A model generated the notes under the pieces. That model worked only from the letters and a program-made list of their open reading frames with translations. It was not told the DNA's origin and made no database searches. This document shows, in pieces, positions 12,747-20,576 of a stretch of DNA of 32,000 nucleotides (within the stretch, counting starts at the first letter, position 1; each line of letters begins with the position of its first letter). Where the stretch lies: the NCBI RefSeq assembly GCF_000010625.1, contig NC_010296.1, forward strand, positions 2,790,001-2,822,000, read 5' to 3'. The position numbers and the translations under genes are program-made. The stretch comes from Microcystis aeruginosa NIES-843. Lineage in GTDB: Bacteria > Cyanobacteriota > Cyanobacteriia > Cyanobacteriales > Microcystaceae.

Positions 12747-15431
12747 ATGTCGATTAAACAACTTTCACTTTTCGAGAATGTTCCTCCAGAGCAAGATACA
12801 AAAGCGGTTACGACTTCGGAAGAGATTAGCGAACTTGAAATTACTATCTTATTGAGTGCTTTGACCGCAAATGCGATCGCTCAAACCGACTCGACATTGA
12901 TTTTCGCTTTAGCTGACGATCCAAGAGCGATGGCGATCGCCAAAACTTTTGATCGTCCTAAATTGGTTAGACAGTTACGACTTTCTCAACCCCAAAAAGA
13001 AAGCGAGTTCATTAAACCCACGTTTCAAGGGAATCAAGTTTTTTATCGAGAACGAGAGATAGGTAGGATACAGCTTGTGTACAAATCACCGTCACCGGGA
13101 GAGCTACAAGCAAAATTAACTCATGAAAGCACGATTGATCGGTTTTTAGAGTTTTTGCAAAAAAAATATCAGATTGTTTCCCTGCATGAAAGTAATTACC
13201 ATGTGCAGATTTTTATTCCACAAACTCAACAATCACATAATATAGAGGAGCTTTGGATAGAATTTATCACGAAAGTTATTTTTTCTATCTATGGTGATTT
13301 TCAATATCAGCTATCAGGATTAATGCAAACTTTTATCACAATGCTAAAAAGTGTTACCTTAGCGGGACGAGGTTTTAGCACCCTAGAAATTCCGATAATT
13401 ACCAGAGATCAAGCCAAGGTGTTAGCGGCTTTTTATTTAGCTATTTTCGAGCAAGTAAAGGATCGCCAAGAGAAGCGTGAGACTGAGATCGTTCAACTTA
13501 TTGAGAAAATTAAATCCGAAGAACTTAACTCGAAAGATTTAGAGTCCACTGAAAAGAAGCTAAAAAGCAGGCAGGAAATGCAAGCTAAAGAGTTTAATAA
13601 ATATAGAGATTATTTTCAGAAAGTTTTGTCTAAATTATTATATGAGCAACGAGCTATTTATCATAAGATAAGAACCCTTGACGAGCAGTTAGGAAAAACT
13701 GGTTTGTCAAAAGCTCAAGTTAGCAAATTACAGAAGCAAAAGGATAAAATAGAGTCACAAATTATTTTTCAGGAAGGATCGATCGAGGAGAAGCAGAGAT
13801 TTCTAGAAGAATCAGACGGAAATCCGTTTGAGTTTATAGAAAAACAAAAACAAACAGATCTATTGAAGCCAATTCAGGTGATCGCTAAATCTTTTAACAA
13901 AACGGCCACAGAACAAATTAACTCGACTCGTGGCGATATTTTCACTCAATGTATATTAGAGATGTATCGTTTGTTAGAAAATCCAAAACTCGAAACCATT
14001 CCAGAACCGCTTTTAACGATTAACCCAAAAATTTTAGCAGCAAGGACAGCGGGAGACGATGGTAAAGATTTTTGTTACTCTTGCGGAGTAACTTTAGATG
14101 CTAAAACTGTGCGGTGGAGAGTAGCTAGATTTATGTTCGAGCGACCGTCTCAACGTCGTCAATCATCCTCTAGTGAAGATAGACCTTTCATTTGCTCTTC
14201 TTGTTCTGTATTATCGTTTGCCTCCCCCTTAAAAGTAACGGATGATAGTATTATCTTACGACTCAAGCCTATTCGAGAAAAATCTGGCTATGATGATAGA
14301 GTTAGATTACATAACCTAAAAGAATACTTGAGAGGATTAACTACTGGTGAACTAGATATTACTGCGGGAAAATATATTATTTTAAATTCTCAAAAAGATA
14401 AAACTAACAATGGTGATATCGCTTCTCAAAAATTAGGATTAAAGCAGTACGCTTTAGCCAAGATCGCTTCTAAACTTCCTTTAGAGGTTCTATCGGATTG
14501 GGAAATCGATTTATATTTACAAAAAAGTACACCAGATAAGCTAGAGCGAAGACAACTAATTTTGCTCAAAGGAATAATGGAGGGATATAATCAAAACATC
14601 ATTATTAAAGATGCTAAAACCCAGGAACAAAAAAATGAACACAAAATAAATCTTAAACTAGGAGACGCTATTCGTTATGTACAACAAGATATGCCTTACT
14701 TGGCGGAATTTATTGTATCTGGAGTTCCCGACTACAATCTCAAATTTGAAAACAAGATATGGTTAGAGAGTATTCGAGAACTCTACTGGAAACAAATCAA
14801 TGAAGACGTGAGAAATCAACAACGATCAAAAGGAGTTTATTCTATGTCAGAAACAACAATGTCTAAAAGAGCTAAAATCTATGAAGATGTAGCTGCATTA
14901 ACAGGCTTACTTTATCCCTTTATAGAATGGGCTGAATTTCTTATAAAAAAGGATAAAGAGATGGAAGAAAAACGGAAGCAAGGAAAAAAAGAACAAGATA
15001 ATTTAGATGAAAAAACTATCGATAAAATTAAAAAAGAAGTTGCCAGAGAAATTAGCAAAATCATCGAAAATGTCAAGGATGAGCATTTTTTCACCTACTA
15101 TGCCTCTATTGGAGATCAAGACCGTACTAAAATCAAAGCCACTCTCAAGCGAGATAGAGACACATATTTTATTTACGATCAAGCCAGAAAGTTAATTTTT
15201 GAAAAGCTTAAAATTTCGGAGGATATAGAAGTAAAAAAAGATGGTATCGCATCGTTAAATCTTACTCTTGACGATATTAAAAATGCTTATACTTATTTTG
15301 CAAATGATCCTCTATATACGGATAAACAAGGAGATAAAAACTGGAGGGACTTCACTTATCGATTAAAACTTTCTCTTTATACGCGGTTTCCTGAATTGGT
15401 TCGTAAACTTTCATCTAAAGGAGATAAATAA
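12747..15431 (+). CDS. HD-less type I large subunit (Cas8/Cas10d-like) with a CxxC...CxxC zinc ribbon and long coiled-coil
   Basis: 894 aa, first gene of a coupled large-subunit/cas7/cas5/cas3 operon. 'FCYSCG...FICSSCS'. N-terminal 'KQLSLFEN' parallels 'GQLNLFDN' of the Cas10d N-fragment. AAGGA lies upstream of the ATG. Confidence 0.6.
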   Translation: MSIKQLSLFENVPPEQDTKAVTTSEEISELEITILLSALTANAIAQTDSTLIFALADDPRAMAIAKTFDRPKLVRQLRLSQPQKESEFIKPTFQGNQVFYREREIGRIQLVYKSPSPGELQAKLTHESTIDRFLEFLQKKYQIVSLHESNYHVQIFIPQTQQSHNIEELWIEFITKVIFSIYGDFQYQLSGLMQTFITMLKSVTLAGRGFSTLEIPIITRDQAKVLAAFYLAIFEQVKDRQEKRETEIVQLIEKIKSEELNSKDLESTEKKLKSRQEMQAKEFNKYRDYFQKVLSKLLYEQRAIYHKIRTLDEQLGKTGLSKAQVSKLQKQKDKIESQIIFQEGSIEEKQRFLEESDGNPFEFIEKQKQTDLLKPIQVIAKSFNKTATEQINSTRGDIFTQCILEMYRLLENPKLETIPEPLLTINPKILAARTAGDDGKDFCYSCGVTLDAKTVRWRVARFMFERPSQRRQSSSSEDRPFICSSCSVLSFASPLKVTDDSIILRLKPIREKSGYDDRVRLHNLKEYLRGLTTGELDITAGKYIILNSQKDKTNNGDIASQKLGLKQYALAKIASKLPLEVLSDWEIDLYLQKSTPDKLERRQLILLKGIMEGYNQNIIIKDAKTQEQKNEHKINLKLGDAIRYVQQDMPYLAEFIVSGVPDYNLKFENKIWLESIRELYWKQINEDVRNQQRSKGVYSMSETTMSKRAKIYEDVAALTGLLYPFIEWAEFLIKKDKEMEEKRKQGKKEQDNLDEKTIDKIKKEVAREISKIIENVKDEHFFTYYASIGDQDRTKIKATLKRDRDTYFIYDQARKLIFEKLKISEDIEVKKDGIASLNLTLDDIKNAYTYFANDPLYTDKQGDKNWRDFTYRLKLSLYTRFPELVRKLSSKGDK

Positions 15432-15433
15432 CG

Positions 15434-16327
15434 ATGGCTACCGAATCTAAAGTGACGACTGGACTACCTAAGACTGATGCTAATAAACCTAGATTGCATT
15501 TTGATATTTATGCCATTCTCGAAGGCTCTCAAGAGCTTTACCTAGGACATGAAGTACAGGTTAATGTTAACTTAGTTGAAATCGTTAAACTGAGTACAAA
15601 AGATGGTAAAGAAATTGAAAAATGTTATATTTCTCCGACCAAACGGCGAGGAGTTGAACGACGTTGTTTACTATGGTCTCCTGTGAAAAGTGGAGAGCTG
15701 CTAGGAGATAAACAAAACTGCGGAATCCCGAAAACCTGTGCTGAACCCACTTGTCCGATTTGTGCTACATTTGGCGCACTCGATCCAGGAAAACGGACTT
15801 TAATCGGTCGGGTAACTCATGGTGGAGGTGTTGCCATACAAGAGATTTACCCAGTCGAAAAACAACGAGCAATGCACCCCGCTTTATTGGTCAATCGCAA
15901 TGATGAAACTCCCACACCTTTTAGACGAGAATACAATCAACCTGGCATTCTCTATCCCGTTTATAACCACGCTCTGAGTATCACCGATCAAGACTTTTCA
16001 GCTGTGGCTTATGCTTTCTTAGATTCATTACCTCGCATAGGTTCAGGAAATCCGAAAGGAATTGCTATCGCGGAAACGGACGATCGTACCCCGCTTCTGG
16101 TTTTGGATAGATATTTGTCTCCTAGAGGGAAGCGTCCAATCGTTTCTCCCTCGGAAACCGACCCGCAAAAGGCGATCAATGATTTCCTTTATTTGGCACT
16201 GTATCCTGAAACTAATTTCACTAATCATATTCAAGAAGCGCACTTCGATCGCTGGATAGGCAATGAAGCGTTAGCCAAATTGCAAGAATACTCCGCAATA
16301 TTCGTCGATACAGTTTTACAAGCATAA
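15434..16327 (+). CDS. cas7: Cas7-like (Csc2-related) backbone subunit
   Basis: 297 aa, starting 2 nt after the upstream stop. 'TCPICATFGAL' aligns with Csc2 'PDCIIYGFAIG'. 'LSITDQDFSAVAYAFLDSLPRIG' aligns with Csc2 'VTLKDPTEASFLYVFNNILRTRHYG'. Confidence 0.6.
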   Translation: MATESKVTTGLPKTDANKPRLHFDIYAILEGSQELYLGHEVQVNVNLVEIVKLSTKDGKEIEKCYISPTKRRGVERRCLLWSPVKSGELLGDKQNCGIPKTCAEPTCPICATFGALDPGKRTLIGRVTHGGGVAIQEIYPVEKQRAMHPALLVNRNDETPTPFRREYNQPGILYPVYNHALSITDQDFSAVAYAFLDSLPRIGSGNPKGIAIAETDDRTPLLVLDRYLSPRGKRPIVSPSETDPQKAINDFLYLALYPETNFTNHIQEAHFDRWIGNEALAKLQEYSAIFVDTVLQA

Positions 16328-16330
16328 ATC

Positions 16331-17155
16331 ATGTATTGCCTGACCTTTAAGATTATCCCAACGGCGGCGATGACATTTCGCATACTGCCTGGATCGATTC
16401 TCAATATCGCCACCTATCCCTTCGTCCCACCGACTACTTTTTCTGGGTTTCTCCGACGGATAGTAATGTTAAGCGAGGGATTAGATATCCCTGAAACCAG
16501 CATTAACAAGGAAAATCCGCCTTATTTCACCCTACCTCGTCAGTATATAGCGTTAGGAGCCTATCCAGTCCTAGATAAATGGTCTGGAGTCCATCGTACT
16601 CATCGCAAAGGAACTCGATCGTTTAACCATGATGTTTTTTCTAGACTATACATTGATGGCGATCGAGAAAACTTTCAGTTACACACTTGGGAATATTTTA
16701 TCGCTGAGGAGTTAATCGGCTATGTTGTAAGCGAATCTAAGTCCAGTCTAGAGGCATTTTCTAACCTACAAGGAGTCGGATGTAAAATTGGTAAGGAAGG
16801 ATTTGCGGTGATTGACGAGGTATCTGAATCTATACGACTCCAAAGAAAGATTCTTTCCGCTCACCCGTCAACTGTTGTTCCCATGGAAGCTTTAATACAG
16901 CGAAATCCTTGTATCAATCGTTGTGATATTTATAATCTCTATCGTCATGAATGGTCAGCAGATCAGACTCAAGATGAAGATAAGGGATTGTTCGATACAG
17001 AGCGATCTCCTATTAATGGTTTTATCCCCTTTGTTGCCGCTTACTATCCCGAAAAAGCCAATCCTTTACCCACTTTAGATTTCTATACGGATGGAAATCT
17101 TCAGATTCCTGTAGCACTTGTGGAACTTTTACAAGGAGAATCAATTAATGTCTAA
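16331..17155 (+). CDS. cas5: Cas5-like subunit
   Basis: 274 aa. N-terminus 'FRILPGSILNIATYPFVPPTTFSGFLRR' fits the Cas5 RAMP N-terminal pattern. Position between the cas7-like and cas3 genes. Confidence 0.55.
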   Translation: MYCLTFKIIPTAAMTFRILPGSILNIATYPFVPPTTFSGFLRRIVMLSEGLDIPETSINKENPPYFTLPRQYIALGAYPVLDKWSGVHRTHRKGTRSFNHDVFSRLYIDGDRENFQLHTWEYFIAEELIGYVVSESKSSLEAFSNLQGVGCKIGKEGFAVIDEVSESIRLQRKILSAHPSTVVPMEALIQRNPCINRCDIYNLYRHEWSADQTQDEDKGLFDTERSPINGFIPFVAAYYPEKANPLPTLDFYTDGNLQIPVALVELLQGESINV

Positions 17156-19871
17156 ATCTAACCCTCAACCTTTTTTCAAATTCGGCCGCGTGTTTTTTCC
17201 AGGCGAACCTACAATTGCTCCTGATAAAATTCTTTTTCAACCCCTGGGTAATCATGTAGGTAATGTTAGACAATTAGCTAGAAAATGGCAAGATGGCAAC
17301 TTTTCTTTAGAACGAGTTATTGAAGGAATCAATTTACACGACAAAGCTAAACCACAAACTTTCAAAATTCGCGTTGAAACTAATAAACAGGGAGAGTTTA
17401 CAAAATATACTTATTCATTTAAAGGGCATCGATTTAAAGTAGATGAACCACAAAATCTTTGGGTGCAGGCTCTAGCAAGAGGACATCATGACTATTCAAC
17501 TAAGGAAATTATCAAGGATACCTATCAATTAAAAAAAGATCCTAAATATCAGAAGATTTTCTCTAAAGACCCCTTACAATACGCCAAAGAACTTTATATT
17601 TTGGAAATGTGCGATCAAATTGAAGCGGAATTAGCTTGTCGTGTCATTGGAGACGACGAACAGGCAAAATCTCGCACATTTATGGATTTTACAATAACTA
17701 AAGGTACATCCGAAGATAGCAACCACCGTGTTTTTTATCTCGATCCCTATCCTTTTAAAGAACCAACTATCACTTTAAATTTTCGTTCGTGGACATATAA
17801 CTTGTCAGACGAGGATAAAAATCAACTCCAACAATTACGCGAAAACGGAAAAGATAAGGAATTAGGAGGTAAATTGAATACTCTTGTTAAAGAGTGGTGG
17901 AAAAAAAACGAACATACAATCAGTGAAGATAGAGCAATTACTGCCATTATCAAACCTGATAATTCAAACACTTATTCCCCATCAGAAAAATCAGAAAATG
18001 CAATTTTGTGGTGGTATAGAGAATTAGCGAATTTTCAACCTAATCCAATGCAGGAGCAAGTCTTTCAAACGATGGTTGAAAACAAACATCCAGCTTTTAT
18101 ACTTAAAGCTCCTACAGGAGTGGGAAAATTTGAAGCGATTATTATTCCCTTTTTAGCTATGCTATCTACAAAAGAAGATAGACCTCGCCTGATTATACCC
18201 CTACCTGCACGAAGTTTGTTAGAAGATCAAAAACAGAGATGCGATAAATATTTAAAACAATTTTCACTCCTACACAAAGGACGTGAAGTGTCTTTGGTGA
18301 TAGATACAGGAACCGAAATGAATCGATATGTTTATCTAGATGGAGAAATTAAATCTAGCAATAATTCTCGAAGACATTTATACAAAGGAGATATTATTTT
18401 AACAACGATTGATAAATTTATATATCGATACTTTGGCTATGGTGATAAGCAAAAATCATTCATCTTTCCCTATCGAATTTATCATGGTAATACACTGATT
18501 TGTTTTGATGAAGCTCATACCTATGATGATATTTCGTTTACTAACTTTTGCAGTTTGGTTAAAGCTTTGTATGAAGCAGGACGCTCGCTTGTTTTAATGA
18601 CGGCAACTTTATCACAAAATCATCTGGAAAGATTCGATTATCTTGCGGATAACATGATCGATTACATTGATGTTCAGGACAATCTAGAGAAGCTAAATAA
18701 TTTTTATCAGCAAATTTTGAAGCAAGACTATTCTAATTTAAAACAGTTTGAATGGGTTGATGATATTGTTTATGATGTAAAAGAACCAACAAATTTACAA
18801 CAAAAGTTGACCTCGATAGCCCTTGCAGAATGGAACTCTAACCCAAGCCATCGTATCATTGTTTCTGTAGAAACTGTTAAAGATGCCATAGCAATTTATG
18901 AAAAAATAAAACAGAAATTAAACATTAAATCTTCAGGACAAAATGAATTTTTATTTCTCTACCATGGTCGTTTGTCAGATATTCCCAAAACTTCCCATTA
19001 TTCTCGCACCAATCTTTATAAAAGATTAAAAGAGAGAGATGAAAATGACCAAGCTTATATTCTGGTTACTACCAGTGCGATCGAAGTTGGTTGTGATTTA
19101 AATAGTACCCGTTTGATTACTCAACTGTGTAACCCAGAAAGTTTAATTCAACGAGCGGGACGTTGCAATCGTAAAGGTAATGTTGAAGATGCAAAAATCA
19201 TTGTTATTGGCAATAATATTCCTGAATTTATTAATACTTTAAGCGAGGCAGAGCTAGAGGATTATAAAACAATTCTTAAGGGTTTGCACGCTCGAAACTT
19301 TGATCCGAAAGCGATCATGAATTGTGTTTCTACAAAACAGAAAATTGATGATTATCGAGTTGTTGAGCTTTTTTCCCTGTTGCAAGACTATGTTTATAAT
19401 GCCGATCTCACTTGTCAATCTGCTCATGAAAAAGGATTAGTAATCACCCGTAGCTGGACTCCATCCGTTACCTTGGTATATGATGACGGTAAGCAGGGTG
19501 ATAGTTTAGAAAAAATTGTCAAAGAATCTCCTCAAATTCAAGTCCCCATTGATCGTTTAATCAATAATGAAGGAAATTACACAAATCAATACGCTAATGT
19601 GTCTGTGTACGAATGGATTTACGACAAGGAAGAAACTCGATATAAGTTAGAACCTTTAAAATATTGGGGATGTGCATACAGTAAAGACATGGTGATCAAA
19701 GTCTGTGCAGTTCAGGAGGGAGCCATATATGATCATGAATTAGGGTTTAAAGACTTGCCTAGAGTTTTTATTAAATGCAGATCAAATGGCTATCAAGAAA
19801 GACTTCGGTATAACCCCACAGAAGATAGATCAGTAGTGATTAATTACACTTCTGCTCTAACACAAGATTGA
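17148..19871 (+). CDS. cas3: Cas3 with fused N-terminal HD nuclease and SF2 DEAH helicase
   Basis: ATG at 17148, with AAGGAG 9 nt upstream, overlaps the cas5-like stop by 8 nt. HD motifs: 'NLHDKAKP', 'RGHHDYS'. Helicase motifs: 'APTGVGKF', 'CFDEAH', 'MTATL', 'TSAIEVGCDL', 'QRAGRCNRKG'. Confidence 0.85.
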   Translation: MSKSNPQPFFKFGRVFFPGEPTIAPDKILFQPLGNHVGNVRQLARKWQDGNFSLERVIEGINLHDKAKPQTFKIRVETNKQGEFTKYTYSFKGHRFKVDEPQNLWVQALARGHHDYSTKEIIKDTYQLKKDPKYQKIFSKDPLQYAKELYILEMCDQIEAELACRVIGDDEQAKSRTFMDFTITKGTSEDSNHRVFYLDPYPFKEPTITLNFRSWTYNLSDEDKNQLQQLRENGKDKELGGKLNTLVKEWWKKNEHTISEDRAITAIIKPDNSNTYSPSEKSENAILWWYRELANFQPNPMQEQVFQTMVENKHPAFILKAPTGVGKFEAIIIPFLAMLSTKEDRPRLIIPLPARSLLEDQKQRCDKYLKQFSLLHKGREVSLVIDTGTEMNRYVYLDGEIKSSNNSRRHLYKGDIILTTIDKFIYRYFGYGDKQKSFIFPYRIYHGNTLICFDEAHTYDDISFTNFCSLVKALYEAGRSLVLMTATLSQNHLERFDYLADNMIDYIDVQDNLEKLNNFYQQILKQDYSNLKQFEWVDDIVYDVKEPTNLQQKLTSIALAEWNSNPSHRIIVSVETVKDAIAIYEKIKQKLNIKSSGQNEFLFLYHGRLSDIPKTSHYSRTNLYKRLKERDENDQAYILVTTSAIEVGCDLNSTRLITQLCNPESLIQRAGRCNRKGNVEDAKIIVIGNNIPEFINTLSEAELEDYKTILKGLHARNFDPKAIMNCVSTKQKIDDYRVVELFSLLQDYVYNADLTCQSAHEKGLVITRSWTPSVTLVYDDGKQGDSLEKIVKESPQIQVPIDRLINNEGNYTNQYANVSVYEWIYDKEETRYKLEPLKYWGCAYSKDMVIKVCAVQEGAIYDHELGFKDLPRVFIKCRSNGYQERLRYNPTEDRSVVINYTSALTQD

Positions 19872-19915
19872 TTTTTATCTGGCGCGGGATATGTTCACTA
19901 CACTAAAAACTATAT

Positions 19916-19993
19916 ACCATGACTCTTATCTCCTCTAAATCCCTCACTTTACCGGAATTTTTCTCACTAACCGCTCCCGATGGCGATATTACC
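19916..19993 (+). repeat. right 78-bp direct repeat bracketing the cargo
   Basis: 74/78 identical to 10979-11056. Confidence 0.9.
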
Positions 19994-20485
19994 TATGAAT
20001 TAGTCGATGGAGAAGCGATCCCAAAAATGTCACCGAAATTCTTTCATTCTCGTTTAACTCTGGCTTTATCTTCTATACTCGATCGCTGGAATCAAGGACG
20101 GGGAGAAGTGGGAATCGAATGGGCGATCATTCTCAGCAAAAACGATCGAGATTGGTGTCCGGTTCCCGATCTTCTCTACATTTCCCCGGAAAGGTTAGGA
20201 GATATTCCCCTCACCGATGAAGCTTGTCCCGTTCCCCCGGAATTAGTCATCGAAATTATCTCTCCGGAACAATCTTTCAGCAGCCTGAGCGAAAAAGCCG
20301 TGGACTACCTAAAAGCGGGAGTCAGTCGTATCTGGATCGTCGATCCCCGGGCCAAGCAGATCACAATTTTCTATCCCGATGCACCCCCGGCGATTAAAAA
20401 AGGCGATGACGAAATTAGCGATATTCTCCTCCCCGATTTAACCCTAACCCCCAGACAAATTTTTGCCAAGGCCCGATTAAGTTAA
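19919..20485 (+). CDS. Uma2-family (DUF820) PD-(D/E)xK endonuclease, copy B
   Basis: 188 aa. 'YELVDGEAIPKMSP', 'PDLLYIS', 'PELVIEIISP', 'AGVSRIWIVDP'. Confidence 0.8.
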   Translation: MTLISSKSLTLPEFFSLTAPDGDITYELVDGEAIPKMSPKFFHSRLTLALSSILDRWNQGRGEVGIEWAIILSKNDRDWCPVPDLLYISPERLGDIPLTDEACPVPPELVIEIISPEQSFSSLSEKAVDYLKAGVSRIWIVDPRAKQITIFYPDAPPAIKKGDDEISDILLPDLTLTPRQIFAKARLS

Positions 20486-20576
20486 TGCCCTACAGTCTCG
20501 TTCTCAATCTCACCCCTCGATCGCCGATCTATCCGAATTTTCTCACCGGACGACACCTTCAGGCGCTATTCCTTAC
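20485..20576 (+). pseudogene. cas6: 5' fragment of cas6 (92 bp), duplicated
   Basis: 90/92 identical to 21811-21902. Its ATG overlaps the uma2 stop (TAATG). Similarity ends at ...CCTTAC. Confidence 0.9.

Noticed and set aside
14052-14060. 'AGDDG' just before the zinc ribbon of the 894-aa protein, reminiscent of the Cas10 GGDD cyclase motif (type III-like?)
   Set aside because: A single tripeptide without the surrounding palm-domain context. A partner Cas3 with HD and helicase, together with Cas5/Cas7, argues for type I. It needs profile or structure evidence before any cyclase claim.
17118-17147. GTG start at 17118 for the nested cas3, and TTG at 20998 for uma2 copy C
   Set aside because: The ATG at 17148 has AAGGAG at ideal spacing and the classic 8-nt stop/start overlap. 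The ATG at 21004 matches the starts of the other two uma2 copies.
11057-19915. CRISPR-associated transposon (CAST) interpretation of an array-less effector plus mini-array
   Set aside because: No TnsA/B/C, TniQ, integrase or other recombinase ORF, and no terminal inverted repeats. The Cas3 retains HD and helicase motifs. The flanks are 78-bp direct repeats rather than transposon ends.
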